DNA of 64,000 bases from Candidatus Wildermuthbacteria bacterium. GTDB taxonomy: Bacteria > Patescibacteriota > Minisyncoccia > Minisyncoccales > PEYH01. Below are positions 20,165 to 29,384 of this stretch, one piece after another (the first letter of the stretch is position 1; each line of letters begins with the position of its first letter). The notes under the pieces are model-generated. The model was given only the letters and a program-made list of their open reading frames with translations, did not search any database and had not been told where the DNA came from. Location of the stretch: contig JBBIKX010000001.1 in assembly GCA_037445205.1 (NCBI GenBank), positions 8,767 to 72,766 on the forward strand, read 5' to 3'. The position numbers and the translations under genes were made by a program.

Positions 20165-21970
20165 ATGAACAGCGCAGGCAAGATTCGTCAAAAATTTCTT
20201 AAGTTTTTTGAAAAAAGGGGACACAAAATCGTGCCATCATCTTCTCTTTTGCCCGCTGACCCTTCCGTTCTTTTTACCACCGCCGGCATGCAGCAATTTA
20301 AGCCCTACTTTTTGGGGGAAGAATCGCCCCACGGGGACAAGACGACAAGCTGCCAGAAATGCTTGCGCACTTCAGATATAGAGAGCGTGGGCGATGAAAG
20401 CCATCTGACATTTTTTGAAATGCTTGGAAATTTCAGCTTCGGAACTTATTTTAAAAAAGAGACTATAAAGATGGCGATTGATTTTTTAGTTGAAGAATGT
20501 AAATTGCCGATTAAAAATATTTGGGTAACAGTTTTTGGAGGAGAGGCTGGTATGCCGCCGGATGAAGAATCTCCGAAAATCTGGCAGGAGATTGGGATTC
20601 CTCCAGAAAGAATTTATTCTTTTGGAAAAAAAGATAATTTTTGGGGGCCTACGGGAAAAGAAGGTCCCTGCGGCCCGACTACTGAAATCCACTATGATTT
20701 GAGAGGCGGTTTTTGTTCCAAAAAAGAAAAATGCATGCCCGGCTGTAAATGCCAGAGATTTGTAGAGGTTTGGAATTTGGTGTTTAACCAGCACTATCAA
20801 AATGAGGACGGAAGCCTTGAGGCGTTAAGAAAAATTGGAGTTGATACGGGTATGGGACTGGAAAGATTAACGATGATCCTCCAAAACAAAAAATCAGTTT
20901 TTGAATCAGATCTTTTTTGGCCGATAATGAAAGTGATTGAGTCCAATTGCAAAAAAAAATATGAAACAGCGCCAAGACATTTCAGAATTATTGGCGATCA
21001 CCTGAAGTCATCTTGTTTTCTGATATCAGAGGGGATAACGCCCTCTAAAATTGAAAGAGGATATGTTTTAAGGCGTCTTTTGAGAAGATCTATGCGTTAT
21101 GGTAAAATGATAGAGTTAAAAGAAGAAGGATGGAGGCAAATTCTTGGCCAGATAATTGATCTTTATAAAAAAGATTATCCCGATATTTTTTACAATCAAA
21201 AGAAAATTTTTTCCATAATATCCGAGGAAAAAAGCAGATTTGACAAAACAATTCAGGAGGGAATCAGGGATTTTGAGAGATTAATCGCCGATTCTAATGG
21301 AAAAATAACGGGCAAAGAGCTCTTTGATCTTTCTGCAACGCATGGCCTTCCCTTGGATTTGATTCAGGATATTGCTTTTGAGCGGGGCATTCAATTTGAT
21401 AAAGACGGCTTTAACAGGGCGTTAAAAAAACATCAGGAGGTTTCGCGCGCCGGAGCAAAGAAAAAATTTGGAGGTCTCGGGGTGGACAGTTTGGAAAATG
21501 AACAGGAAATCAAAGAAGCAAAAAAACTTCACACGGCAACCCATATTCTTCACGCCGCGCTAAGAGAAATTTTGGGCAAAGAGGTAAAACAGATGGGTTC
21601 TGACATTACTCCTCAGAGGTTAAGATTTGATTTCTCTTTTAAAAGAAAGCTTGAAAAAGACGAGCTTGAGAAGATAGAAAGCTTTGTAAATAAGAAAATT
21701 AAGGCAAATCTTTCGGTCTCTAAAAAAGCAATGCCCTTAAAAAAAGCCCTTAGCGTCGGAGCGCTCGCTTTTTTTAAAGAAAGGTATCCGCAAACCGTAA
21801 ATGTTTATTTGATAAGAGATCCAGAAGGCAAAGCGGGATTTCTTTCAAGGGAAATTTGCGCAGGTCCTCATGTAAACGGAACTTTAGAGATAGGAGGGTT
21901 TAAAATCCTCAAAGAAGAAGCAGTGGGTTTAGGAATCAGAAGAATCAGGGCAGTAGTCGGAAAAAAATAA
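20165..21970 (+). CDS. alaS: Alanyl-tRNA synthetase, compact form (catalytic, tRNA-binding and editing domains; no C-Ala domain)
   Basis: 601 aa. N-terminal AlaRS motifs (FTTAGMQQFKP, FEMLGNFSFG) plus the editing HTATHILH...CAGPHV. Confidence 0.88.
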   Translation: MNSAGKIRQKFLKFFEKRGHKIVPSSSLLPADPSVLFTTAGMQQFKPYFLGEESPHGDKTTSCQKCLRTSDIESVGDESHLTFFEMLGNFSFGTYFKKETIKMAIDFLVEECKLPIKNIWVTVFGGEAGMPPDEESPKIWQEIGIPPERIYSFGKKDNFWGPTGKEGPCGPTTEIHYDLRGGFCSKKEKCMPGCKCQRFVEVWNLVFNQHYQNEDGSLEALRKIGVDTGMGLERLTMILQNKKSVFESDLFWPIMKVIESNCKKKYETAPRHFRIIGDHLKSSCFLISEGITPSKIERGYVLRRLLRRSMRYGKMIELKEEGWRQILGQIIDLYKKDYPDIFYNQKKIFSIISEEKSRFDKTIQEGIRDFERLIADSNGKITGKELFDLSATHGLPLDLIQDIAFERGIQFDKDGFNRALKKHQEVSRAGAKKKFGGLGVDSLENEQEIKEAKKLHTATHILHAALREILGKEVKQMGSDITPQRLRFDFSFKRKLEKDELEKIESFVNKKIKANLSVSKKAMPLKKALSVGALAFFKERYPQTVNVYLIRDPEGKAGFLSREICAGPHVNGTLEIGGFKILKEEAVGLGIRRIRAVVGKK

Positions 21971-21979
21971 TTTTAAATT

Positions 21980-23215
21980 ATGGCCAATATAAAAATTTAT
22001 GATATACGTCCGCCAAGGAAAGTAAAAAAAATAAGCCCGGATAAGGAAGTTTTAAAACAGCCAAAAAAATCCGACGCGAAAGCAAATATCAAAAAAATAT
22101 CAATAATATTTATTTTTTTTATCATTCTTTCCTTGGTTGTCATACAATTTTTTAACGCCTCAAAAGCGACTATATCAATATGGCCAAAAACTCAGGAAAA
22201 TGAATATCAGGTTTTTATAACAGCCGTTCCTCAGCAAAAAGAATTTGATGTTCTTGCCCAAACAATTCCCGCAACTGTTTTAGAAAAAGAAGAAGTGTTA
22301 ATAAAGGAATTTCAGTCGCCCAAGATTAATATTGGAGAAAAAGCGAAGGGCACGATCCGCGTCCACAGCAAACATCATTTGCCGACAACCCTTATCGCCA
22401 ATACAAGATTTTTGTCTTCCACCGAACCGACCCGTCAATTCGTCGCTTTAAAGCGATTTACGGTTCCGGCGGGAGGTTACGTGGATGTGGATGTTGTCGC
22501 CAGCGAGGCGGGAAGCGATTATAACATAGGACCCTCCACTTTTTCCATTCCGGGATTAAGAAATTTTTCTCCTCCGGAACTGTATTATAATCTTTACGGA
22601 AAATCCTCGGAAGAAATGACAGGAGGCGGCAATAAGGAAATTTTTAAAATTGACAAAAAGGCTGTTGAAAAAGCAAAAGAGGTTGCAGAAAAAGAAGCCC
22701 GGGAAATGATACAAAAAGAATTAGAAAAGCTTGCCGGTCAAGACAAATTATTGCAAAAAAGCATTTATAAAGAAATATTAGAATCATCTGCGCCATCCGC
22801 CCAAGAGCAGGAACAAAAAGAATTTTTCACATACAAAGTAAAGATTAGGGGCAAGGCTTTGATTGTTAAAAATTCCCAACTTTCGGATTTCATTATAAAA
22901 TATCTTTCGCTTAAAATGCCTCGTGATAAAGATGTCAACAAAGAAAAAATTGCCATAAAAAATTTTTCTGAAAATATTGATAAGGAAAATAACATCACCA
23001 TTGATTTGACCATTGCGTCTTATATCTTTTCTAAAATAGAAGATATGGCTATAAAAGAGATGAGTCGCAACCAGAGAGTGTCTAACATCAAGCGATACTT
23101 AACAGAAATTTATCCCCAGATGCAAAAAGAGCCCAAAATCAAAACCTCTCCATTTTTTCTAAAAAAACTTCCCGAGAGCTCCGAAAGCGTGGAAATTCAA
23201 ATTAAATTCGAATGA
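21980..23215 (+). CDS. Hypothetical membrane-anchored protein
   Basis: 411 aa with one N-terminal TM and a lysine/glutamate-rich coiled region. Confidence 0.5.
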   Translation: MANIKIYDIRPPRKVKKISPDKEVLKQPKKSDAKANIKKISIIFIFFIILSLVVIQFFNASKATISIWPKTQENEYQVFITAVPQQKEFDVLAQTIPATVLEKEEVLIKEFQSPKINIGEKAKGTIRVHSKHHLPTTLIANTRFLSSTEPTRQFVALKRFTVPAGGYVDVDVVASEAGSDYNIGPSTFSIPGLRNFSPPELYYNLYGKSSEEMTGGGNKEIFKIDKKAVEKAKEVAEKEAREMIQKELEKLAGQDKLLQKSIYKEILESSAPSAQEQEQKEFFTYKVKIRGKALIVKNSQLSDFIIKYLSLKMPRDKDVNKEKIAIKNFSENIDKENNITIDLTIASYIFSKIEDMAIKEMSRNQRVSNIKRYLTEIYPQMQKEPKIKTSPFFLKKLPESSESVEIQIKFE

Positions 23216-23218
23216 TGC

Positions 23219-23247
23219 TTGACCTTTTTGTGCAATATTGCTATACT
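23219..23247 (+). promoter_or_regulatory. Putative sigma70 promoter for infA-rpmJ-rpsM... (TTGACC-17-TATACT)
   Basis: The -35 box is at 23219-23224 and the -10 at 23242-23247. A 6-bp inverted repeat (attgtc...gacaat) follows in the leader. Confidence 0.5.
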
Positions 23248-23292
23248 TTTTTACATTGTCCGGATTTAAAAAGACAATTTAGGAAGTAGCAA

Positions 23293-23511
23293 ATGTCTAA
23301 AAACAAAGCCCACAAGGTAGACGGAATGGTAATTGAATCTCTGCCCAATGCAACTTTTAGGGTCAAGCTTGATGATGGAAGGGAAATTTTGGCGCATCTT
23401 GCGGGCAAATTAAGAATATATAGAATAAGGGTTCTGCCCGGAGACAGGGTTGTGGTAGAACTACCATCTTTACAAGACCTAAGAGGCAGAATCACATACA
23501 GAAAAAAATAA
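23293..23511 (+). CDS. infA: Translation initiation factor IF-1
   Basis: 72 aa. S1-like OB fold with GMVIESLPNATFRVKLDDGREILAH. Confidence 0.95.
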   Translation: MSKNKAHKVDGMVIESLPNATFRVKLDDGREILAHLAGKLRIYRIRVLPGDRVVVELPSLQDLRGRITYRKK

Positions 23512-23525
23512 AGTTTTTTTGAAAT

Positions 23526-23639
23526 ATGAAGGTGAGACCATCAGTAAAAAAAATTTGTCAAAAATGCAAAATCGTCAGAAGAAAAGGACGAATTTATGTT
23601 ATTTGCGAAAATAAAAAACATAAGCAAAGACAGGGATAA
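23526..23639 (+). CDS. rpmJ: 50S ribosomal protein L36 (not in the supplied ORF track)
   Basis: Manual translation gives [37 protein letters not shown], which has the C-x2-C-x12-C-x4-H zinc ribbon typical of L36. Confidence 0.9.
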   Translation: MKVRPSVKKICQKCKIVRRKGRIYVICENKKHKQRQG

Positions 23640-23641
23640 TT

Positions 23642-24031
23642 ATGGCCAGAATTTCAGGGATAAATCTCCCCGACAATAAAAAAATAGAAGTTGGATTGTC
23701 CTATATATACGGAATAGGCCCTTCTTTGAGCAAAAAAATTATAAAAGAGACCAAGATCAGCGCCGCTAAAAAAGTTTCTGAACTTAGCGCCGAAGAAGTC
23801 AGCAGAATTCAGGATTACATCATTAAAAACTTTAAAGTTGAGGGGGATTTGAAAAGAGAAACGATGATGAATATCAAAAGATTAAAGGAAATCAGTTGCT
23901 GGCGCGGGATAAGACATATAAAGAAATTGCCGACAAGAGGCCAGACTACCAGAGTGAATTCAAGAACCGTCAGGGGAAACGTGAGAAAGACGGTTGGTTC
24001 GGGGAGAAAACCGCCTCCCGCTCCTACCTAA
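23642..24031 (+). CDS. rpsM: 30S ribosomal protein S13
   Basis: 129 aa starting MARISGINLPDNKKIEVGLSYIYGIG. Confidence 0.95.
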   Translation: MARISGINLPDNKKIEVGLSYIYGIGPSLSKKIIKETKISAAKKVSELSAEEVSRIQDYIIKNFKVEGDLKRETMMNIKRLKEISCWRGIRHIKKLPTRGQTTRVNSRTVRGNVRKTVGSGRKPPPAPT

Positions 24032-24045
24032 TAAACTAAATTAAT

Positions 24046-24498
24046 ATGGGAAAGAAAAAAGTCATTAAACAAACAGAAGAAGAAGTTTTAAAAGAGAGAG
24101 AAGAGCTTGAAACAAAGATTCAAAAAATTTCTCCGACAAAATCAATAAAGAAGATTAATTCAGGCATAATTTTTATTACTTCTACTTACAATAATACAAT
24201 CCTTACGCTGACCGACCGCAAGGGCAATGTTTTGTCTTGGGTTAGCGCGGGCAAAATAGGATTTAGGGGGACAAAAAAAGGAACTCCTTACGCGGCGGTA
24301 AAAGCCGCAGAGGTTCTGGTTGGCGCAATAGAGAAAATAAAACTGGACGAGGTTGAGGTAAAGATAAAAGGCATTGGAACAGGCAGAGAATCAGCCCTGA
24401 GAACTTTAGCGGGAAGGGGAGTGAATATTGTTTCCATAGAAGACATCACACCTATTCCTCATAATGGTTGCAAAAGGCCCAAGCCCCGCAGAGTTTAA
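24046..24498 (+). CDS. rpsK: 30S ribosomal protein S11
   Basis: 150 aa. S11 core. Confidence 0.93.
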   Translation: MGKKKVIKQTEEEVLKEREELETKIQKISPTKSIKKINSGIIFITSTYNNTILTLTDRKGNVLSWVSAGKIGFRGTKKGTPYAAVKAAEVLVGAIEKIKLDEVEVKIKGIGTGRESALRTLAGRGVNIVSIEDITPIPHNGCKRPKPRRV

Positions 24499-24524
24499 AC
24501 AACAAGGATTAATCATGGATAAAA

Positions 24525-25169
24525 ATGGAAAAAAAACCACAATGCAGAATTTGTAGAAGAAGGCAGAAAAAGCTTTTCTTAAAGGGAGATAAGTGCAATT
24601 CTCCCAAATGTCCCATTATAAAAAAACCATATCCCCCCGGCACGAAAAAGAAAAGAAGGATGGGCGGTTTTTCCGAATATGCCAAAGAGTTGCAGGAAAA
24701 GCAAAAATTAAAGAATTATTATAATTTAAGCGAGAAACAGCTTAATAAATACATCAAAGATATTTTGGAGAAAAGCCGCAAGGGATCTTGGAAGGCCCAA
24801 GACGCCACAGAATCTTTAATAAAAAGATTAGAATTGCGCTTGGACAACGTTGTTTATCAAATGGGATTGGCAGAATCAAGAAAGGCGGCCAAGCAAGTCG
24901 TTTCACATGGCCATCTTTGGGTTAATGGAAAATCAATAGACATACCCAGCATTGAACTTAAAAAGGGAGACAAGATAAGCGTTAGGCCCCATTCCCTTAA
25001 AAAGAATATATTCAAAGACAAGGAAGCTTTGATAAAAAAACATCAACCTCCAGTTTGGATTAAATTTGATGCGGAAAAGTGGAGCGGGGAAATTATTGGT
25101 TTCCCCTCGGTAGAGGTTGCGGCCCCGCCGGCGGATATTACTGTCGTTTTCGAATTCTATTCGAAATAA
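24525..25169 (+). CDS. rpsD: 30S ribosomal protein S4 (zinc-finger form)
   Basis: 214 aa with CRICRRRQKKLFLKGDKCNSPKC. Confidence 0.93.
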   Translation: MEKKPQCRICRRRQKKLFLKGDKCNSPKCPIIKKPYPPGTKKKRRMGGFSEYAKELQEKQKLKNYYNLSEKQLNKYIKDILEKSRKGSWKAQDATESLIKRLELRLDNVVYQMGLAESRKAAKQVVSHGHLWVNGKSIDIPSIELKKGDKISVRPHSLKKNIFKDKEALIKKHQPPVWIKFDAEKWSGEIIGFPSVEVAAPPADITVVFEFYSK

Positions 25170-25198
25170 AAATTTAAAATTAATTCATAAACAAAAAT

Positions 25199-26152
25199 AT
25201 GATTCCCTTGCCCACTATTATGAAAATAACGCAGAAAAATGAAAATTATGCTGAATTTATGATCGAGCCGCTTTATCCGGGATATGGCATTACTCTTGGC
25301 AATACTCTCCGCAGAGCGCTTTTTTCCTCGCTGGAGGGAGCGGCGCCGACAGAGGTTAAAATTAAGGGAGTGCAGCACGAATTCTCTACTATTCCGGGAG
25401 TCATAGAAGATGTGATTCACATTTGCTTAAACTTAAAAAAACTTAGATTCAAAATTTTTGGCGATGAACCAATAAGGGCAACGCTGAAAATAAAAGGGCA
25501 GAAAGAAGTAAAGGGGGGCGATTTTGAATTGCCTTCTCAACTGGAATTAGTGAATAAAAACCAGCATATCGCCAGTTTGACCAAAAAAGACGCAGAATTG
25601 GAAATGGAAATTATAGTGAAAAATGGCATTGGCTATGAAACCAGGGAAATGAGATCAAAGGAAAAACTGCCCGTAGGTCAAATATCACTGGATGCAATTT
25701 ATACACCCATAAGAAGGGTTAATTTCAGGATAGAAAATATGCGCTTTGGCGAAAGAACAGATTTTGATCGGTTATTTGTTGAAATTGAAACCGACGGCAC
25801 TATACAGCCCCAAGAAGCGCTTTTGAAAGCAAACGATGTTTTAATAAAGCATTTTCAATTTGTAGCCAATGAAGGGGTGGGATTTTTAACAGACAAGGCC
25901 TCGGAAGAGAAAAAAGAAAAAAAGAAAACTGCAAAAAAAGAAGAATTTCAAGATATTTCTAAAATGCCGATATCCCAGCTTAAGCTGTCCAACAGAACCA
26001 TTAATGCTTTGTCGGGCGCGCACATTAAGACAGTTGGAGGGCTTTTAAAGAAAAAAGAAAAAGATCTTCTTGGGCTTGAGGGCTTGGGGCAAAAGGGGAT
26101 TGAGGAAATCAAAAAAATACTAAAAACATTAGATATAGAGATAAAGAAATAG
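25199..26152 (+). CDS. rpoA: DNA-directed RNA polymerase alpha subunit
   Basis: 317 aa with N-terminal dimerisation domain and alpha-CTD. Confidence 0.92.
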   Translation: MIPLPTIMKITQKNENYAEFMIEPLYPGYGITLGNTLRRALFSSLEGAAPTEVKIKGVQHEFSTIPGVIEDVIHICLNLKKLRFKIFGDEPIRATLKIKGQKEVKGGDFELPSQLELVNKNQHIASLTKKDAELEMEIIVKNGIGYETREMRSKEKLPVGQISLDAIYTPIRRVNFRIENMRFGERTDFDRLFVEIETDGTIQPQEALLKANDVLIKHFQFVANEGVGFLTDKASEEKKEKKKTAKKEEFQDISKMPISQLKLSNRTINALSGAHIKTVGGLLKKKEKDLLGLEGLGQKGIEEIKKILKTLDIEIKK

Positions 26153-26158
26153 AGGTTT

Positions 26159-26509
26159 ATGTGGAAAAGAAAAAAAGGAAGAAAATTTCATAGAGAGAAA
26201 GATCAGAGGAAGGCCTTTATAAAGTCTTTGCTTGGGGCGTTGATTATGAAAGAAAGAATTGAAACAACGCAAGCCAGAGCCAAAGAAATTTCCGGATTGG
26301 CGGAGAAATTAATCACCAAAGCCAAAGCGGGAGGCTTAAGTTCAAGGAGATTAACATCCAAAATTTTATCATACAAAGCGTCCAAGAAATTATTTGAGAA
26401 ATTAGCGCCTCAATATAAAGACAGGAAAGGAGGATATACCAGAGTTTTAAAAACAGGTCATAGGAAAGGAGATGGCGCCAAAAAAGCAATTATTGAATTC
26501 GTAAAATAG
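26159..26509 (+). CDS. rplQ: 50S ribosomal protein L17
   Basis: 116 aa. L17 core. Confidence 0.9.
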   Translation: MWKRKKGRKFHREKDQRKAFIKSLLGALIMKERIETTQARAKEISGLAEKLITKAKAGGLSSRRLTSKILSYKASKKLFEKLAPQYKDRKGGYTRVLKTGHRKGDGAKKAIIEFVK

Positions 26510-26513
26510 TTAT

Positions 26514-26888
26514 ATGAAAAGCATTATCAAGAGAAAAACACACATCATTGACGCCAAAGATCGATCGCTTGGGAGATTGGCCAGCGAAATTGCGCTTTTG
26601 CTTCAGGGAAAGCACAAACCCGATTACGCTCCTCACAAAGATATAGGCGATAGGGTAGTTATCAGAAATTTGGATAAAATTAAATTTAGCGGACGAAAAA
26701 TTGACAAGAAAAATTTTTACTATCACACAACTTTTCCCAAGGGCTTGAAAACAACCCCTCTTAGAAAGTTTTTGGAGAAAAACCCATTTAAAGTTTTAGA
26801 GCTGGCTGTTTTGGGAATGCTCCCCAAGAATAAACTTAGAAAAAGAATGATCAGCAGGTTAAAGATTGAAGATTTTTCTAAAAATTAA
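26514..26888 (+). CDS. rplM: 50S ribosomal protein L13
   Basis: 124 aa. L13 core. Confidence 0.9.
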   Translation: MKSIIKRKTHIIDAKDRSLGRLASEIALLLQGKHKPDYAPHKDIGDRVVIRNLDKIKFSGRKIDKKNFYYHTTFPKGLKTTPLRKFLEKNPFKVLELAVLGMLPKNKLRKRMISRLKIEDFSKN

Positions 26889-26893
26889 ATCAT

Positions 26894-27367
26894 ATGCCAA
26901 GAAAAAAAACTAAAAAAACAAAAGATCCGGTAAAAGTCAAGGCGAAAGAGGAATTGAAGCAGAAGAAAAGCAAAGAAGATCGCTATATAGAAGCTGTTGG
27001 TCGCCGAAAAAGAGCAATTGCAAGATTAAGATTTAAAAAACACGAAGGGAAGGAAATTTTTATAAACGATAAAAAATTATTTGAATATTTTCCCCCAAAA
27101 GAATTGCAAGAAATTGTTTTTTCTCCTCTTTACAAAATAAATCTTTCTGAAAACTTTAAAATTACAATCAAGGTCAAGGGCGGGGGAGTCCGCGCGCAGG
27201 CAGAGGCAATAAGGCATGCATTGGCGCGGGCGCTTGTTAAGAGCAATGAAGATTTCAAAAAAAGATTAAAAAAGGCAGGATTCCTTACGCGAGATCCCCG
27301 CGAAAGAGAAAGAAAAAAGTTTGGACTTAAGCGGGCAAGGAGAGCTCCGCAGTGGTCTAAACGATAA
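26894..27367 (+). CDS. rpsI: 30S ribosomal protein S9
   Basis: 157 aa with the C-terminal ...RKKFGLKRARRAPQWSKR. Confidence 0.93.
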   Translation: MPRKKTKKTKDPVKVKAKEELKQKKSKEDRYIEAVGRRKRAIARLRFKKHEGKEIFINDKKLFEYFPPKELQEIVFSPLYKINLSENFKITIKVKGGGVRAQAEAIRHALARALVKSNEDFKKRLKKAGFLTRDPRERERKKFGLKRARRAPQWSKR

Positions 27368-27390
27368 AGACTTAATTTTTAAACGCAACA

Positions 27391-27414
27391 AACCCCGCTC
27401 CTAAGCGGGGTTTT
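27391..27414 (+). terminator. Rho-independent terminator after rpsI
   Basis: aaccccgc-tcctaa-gcggggtttt. Confidence 0.8.
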
Positions 27415-27419
27415 GGCAC

Positions 27420-27447
27420 TTGATCGCGGCTGAGAATAGGCTATAAT
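27420..27447 (+). promoter_or_regulatory. Putative promoter TTGATC-16-TATAAT upstream of the excisionase-family gene
   Basis: Perfect -10 TATAAT at 27442-27447. Confidence 0.45.
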
Positions 27448-27467
27448 TAATGTAATTCGTAAAAATA

Positions 27468-27710
27468 ATGGAAAACAATCAAAAAGAGCCAAAAAAAATT
27501 CCGTTATTTAATACTTCAAGGCATGCAAGGAAAATAAAAGCGACAACTCTTTTAACGCCACAAGAAGTGGCAGAAAGATTAAGGTTAAAGCGCTCTACCA
27601 TTTGGGAATATATTCGCAAGGGAAAAATAAAAGCAATAAGATTCAATAAAAGAACTTGGCGCATTCTGGAAAAAGATCTTAATAGGTTTCTGAAGCAATG
27701 CAGGCGATAG
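27468..27710 (+). CDS. Excisionase-family (Xis/AlpA-type) helix-turn-helix DNA-binding protein, orphan
   Basis: 80 aa. LLTPQEVAERLRLKRSTIWEYIRKGKIKAIRFNKRTWRILEKDLNRFL matches the excisionase-family HTH consensus. No integrase is nearby. Confidence 0.65.
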   Translation: MENNQKEPKKIPLFNTSRHARKIKATTLLTPQEVAERLRLKRSTIWEYIRKGKIKAIRFNKRTWRILEKDLNRFLKQCRR

Positions 27711-27807
27711 ATATATTTTGCTATATTGACTCAGGTCAAATCAATCGTATCTGAACTTTTTGATTTCATATGGTTTTTTGGGCTTTTGTCCGGGCGCAGC
27801 AGTGAAT

Positions 27808-27840
27808 GCCCTCCGAGCAATCGGAGGGCTCTTCTTCTTT
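27808..27840 (+). terminator. GC-rich hairpin (gccctccga-gcaa-tcggagggc) with a pyrimidine-rich tail; probable terminator between convergent genes
   Basis: A 9-bp perfect stem with a GNRA-like loop. Confidence 0.5.
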
Positions 27841-27860
27841 CAAGAATTAAAATTTAAAAG

Positions 27861-29303
27861 CTATCTTAAAATCTCATTATTTGAATAAAACTTGTCTTTT
27901 TCCAAAACAAAAAGAGTTTTTTTCTCGCCAATCCATAAAATCTTTGCGTTGTTAAACTCTGATATTTGCCAGATATTGACCGGTTTTCTATCATCAATTT
28001 CTATTATAAAAATTCCGCTGCGCCCGGAAAAAATTAAATGATTCAAGCCCAGCCAAAAAATTTCATTCACTGGTTCCTTAAATTCAGCCAATTTGACGAT
28101 TTCCATTTCTTGGCGATGGGGTTGCTCATATTCTTTTTCTAAATAAAAAATTTCTATTTGATTGCCTTTCAAGATAGATATTTTTCTGTTTTCTTTATCC
28201 GCCAAAACCTTGTTTACATTTTCAGAGACTTTGTAAAAAATATGCGTTTTTGGATTTATATAGTAAAGATTCTCATCGCCCAGGACAAAAAACCGGGAAT
28301 TTGGGTAAGCAAAAATTTTATAACTTTTTTCATTCATTTCCAGGGGTTTCAAATTCAATATTTCCGAAACAATAATGATATGGTCTCTTATAAATGTTTT
28401 GTACAAAAAACCGCTGCTGCCCAGTAAAATCAAATCGCCGTTTAAAAAAGAAAAATCCATTATTTGGTCATCAAAAAAGGCTTCATTCATTAGCGATATT
28501 TGGTTAAGCTGTTCGTCAAGCGTCCAAAGGCGATCTTTTTTATTGTTTTTTACATCATCGCCGATAAAAACAATTTCGTTTTGATTTTGAGGATTAAATT
28601 TGGCTGATTTTAGGGAAAACTCAATTTCAATGGGAATTAATTTGTTTTGAGAGATATCTACTAAAAATATCCTTTTCTGTTTATCAAGGGCTGCCTCAAA
28701 AATAATTTTTTTTTCGTCCCCTGACCAGATGACTTCGTTTATGGTCAAAGATGTTTTTGGCTTTTTTATCTTGAAATGCGGGATTAGCTGGTCTTCTGAA
28801 AAAAGCTGGCTGATTTTCGAGTCAAAATGGCTCAATAGCAATATTCTCCTTTCTTCCTTTTCTGCTCCTTGGTCTGCGACAGAAAAACGCCCCGAGGGAG
28901 AGAAAAATATTTCTTTAATGTTTTCATAAGAAAAGGAAAAATTTATATTTTGAGGGATAAGAAGGATATTTTTCGCTTCAGTCACCATTGATTCTTCTAT
29001 GGTAAGAATTTTTTCCCATTTTTGATAATTATCCCTTTCTATCCTTATATGATAATCTCCGGGCAAAAGGTTATTCAAAAAAACCGAACTAAAAATTGGG
29101 TTTGTTTTTTTAATAAGGCGGTCGTTTATATAAATTTTGGCTGTTGATGGTTCGCTTTTAAGATAAAGTCCTCCCAAATGAACGATTTTATATGAAGCGA
29201 AATCAAAACGATATCCGTTTATATAAAAAAGAGTCAAGGGGGCGCAAGTTAAAAAAGCCAACGAAAGCGCTAAAAGCAGAATTTTTTTATGAAGCTTTTT
29301 CAT
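27861..29303 (-). CDS. Secreted or membrane-anchored PEGA-domain protein with a C-terminal beta-rich region
   Basis: 480 aa with signal/TM anchor. The PEGA-like segment is AKIYINDRLIKKTNPIFSSVFLNNLLPGDYHIRIERDNYQKWEKIL. Confidence 0.6.
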   Translation of the reverse strand: MKKLHKKILLLALSLAFLTCAPLTLFYINGYRFDFASYKIVHLGGLYLKSEPSTAKIYINDRLIKKTNPIFSSVFLNNLLPGDYHIRIERDNYQKWEKILTIEESMVTEAKNILLIPQNINFSFSYENIKEIFFSPSGRFSVADQGAEKEERRILLLSHFDSKISQLFSEDQLIPHFKIKKPKTSLTINEVIWSGDEKKIIFEAALDKQKRIFLVDISQNKLIPIEIEFSLKSAKFNPQNQNEIVFIGDDVKNNKKDRLWTLDEQLNQISLMNEAFFDDQIMDFSFLNGDLILLGSSGFLYKTFIRDHIIIVSEILNLKPLEMNEKSYKIFAYPNSRFFVLGDENLYYINPKTHIFYKVSENVNKVLADKENRKISILKGNQIEIFYLEKEYEQPHRQEMEIVKLAEFKEPVNEIFWLGLNHLIFSGRSGIFIIEIDDRKPVNIWQISEFNNAKILWIGEKKTLFVLEKDKFYSNNEILR

Positions 29304-29384
29304 AATTTAACTTATTCTATCATAAAATATCCTTTTTTGAAGCAATTGCCAAAAATGCTTTTTTAGTTTAAGATTAAAAAATCT

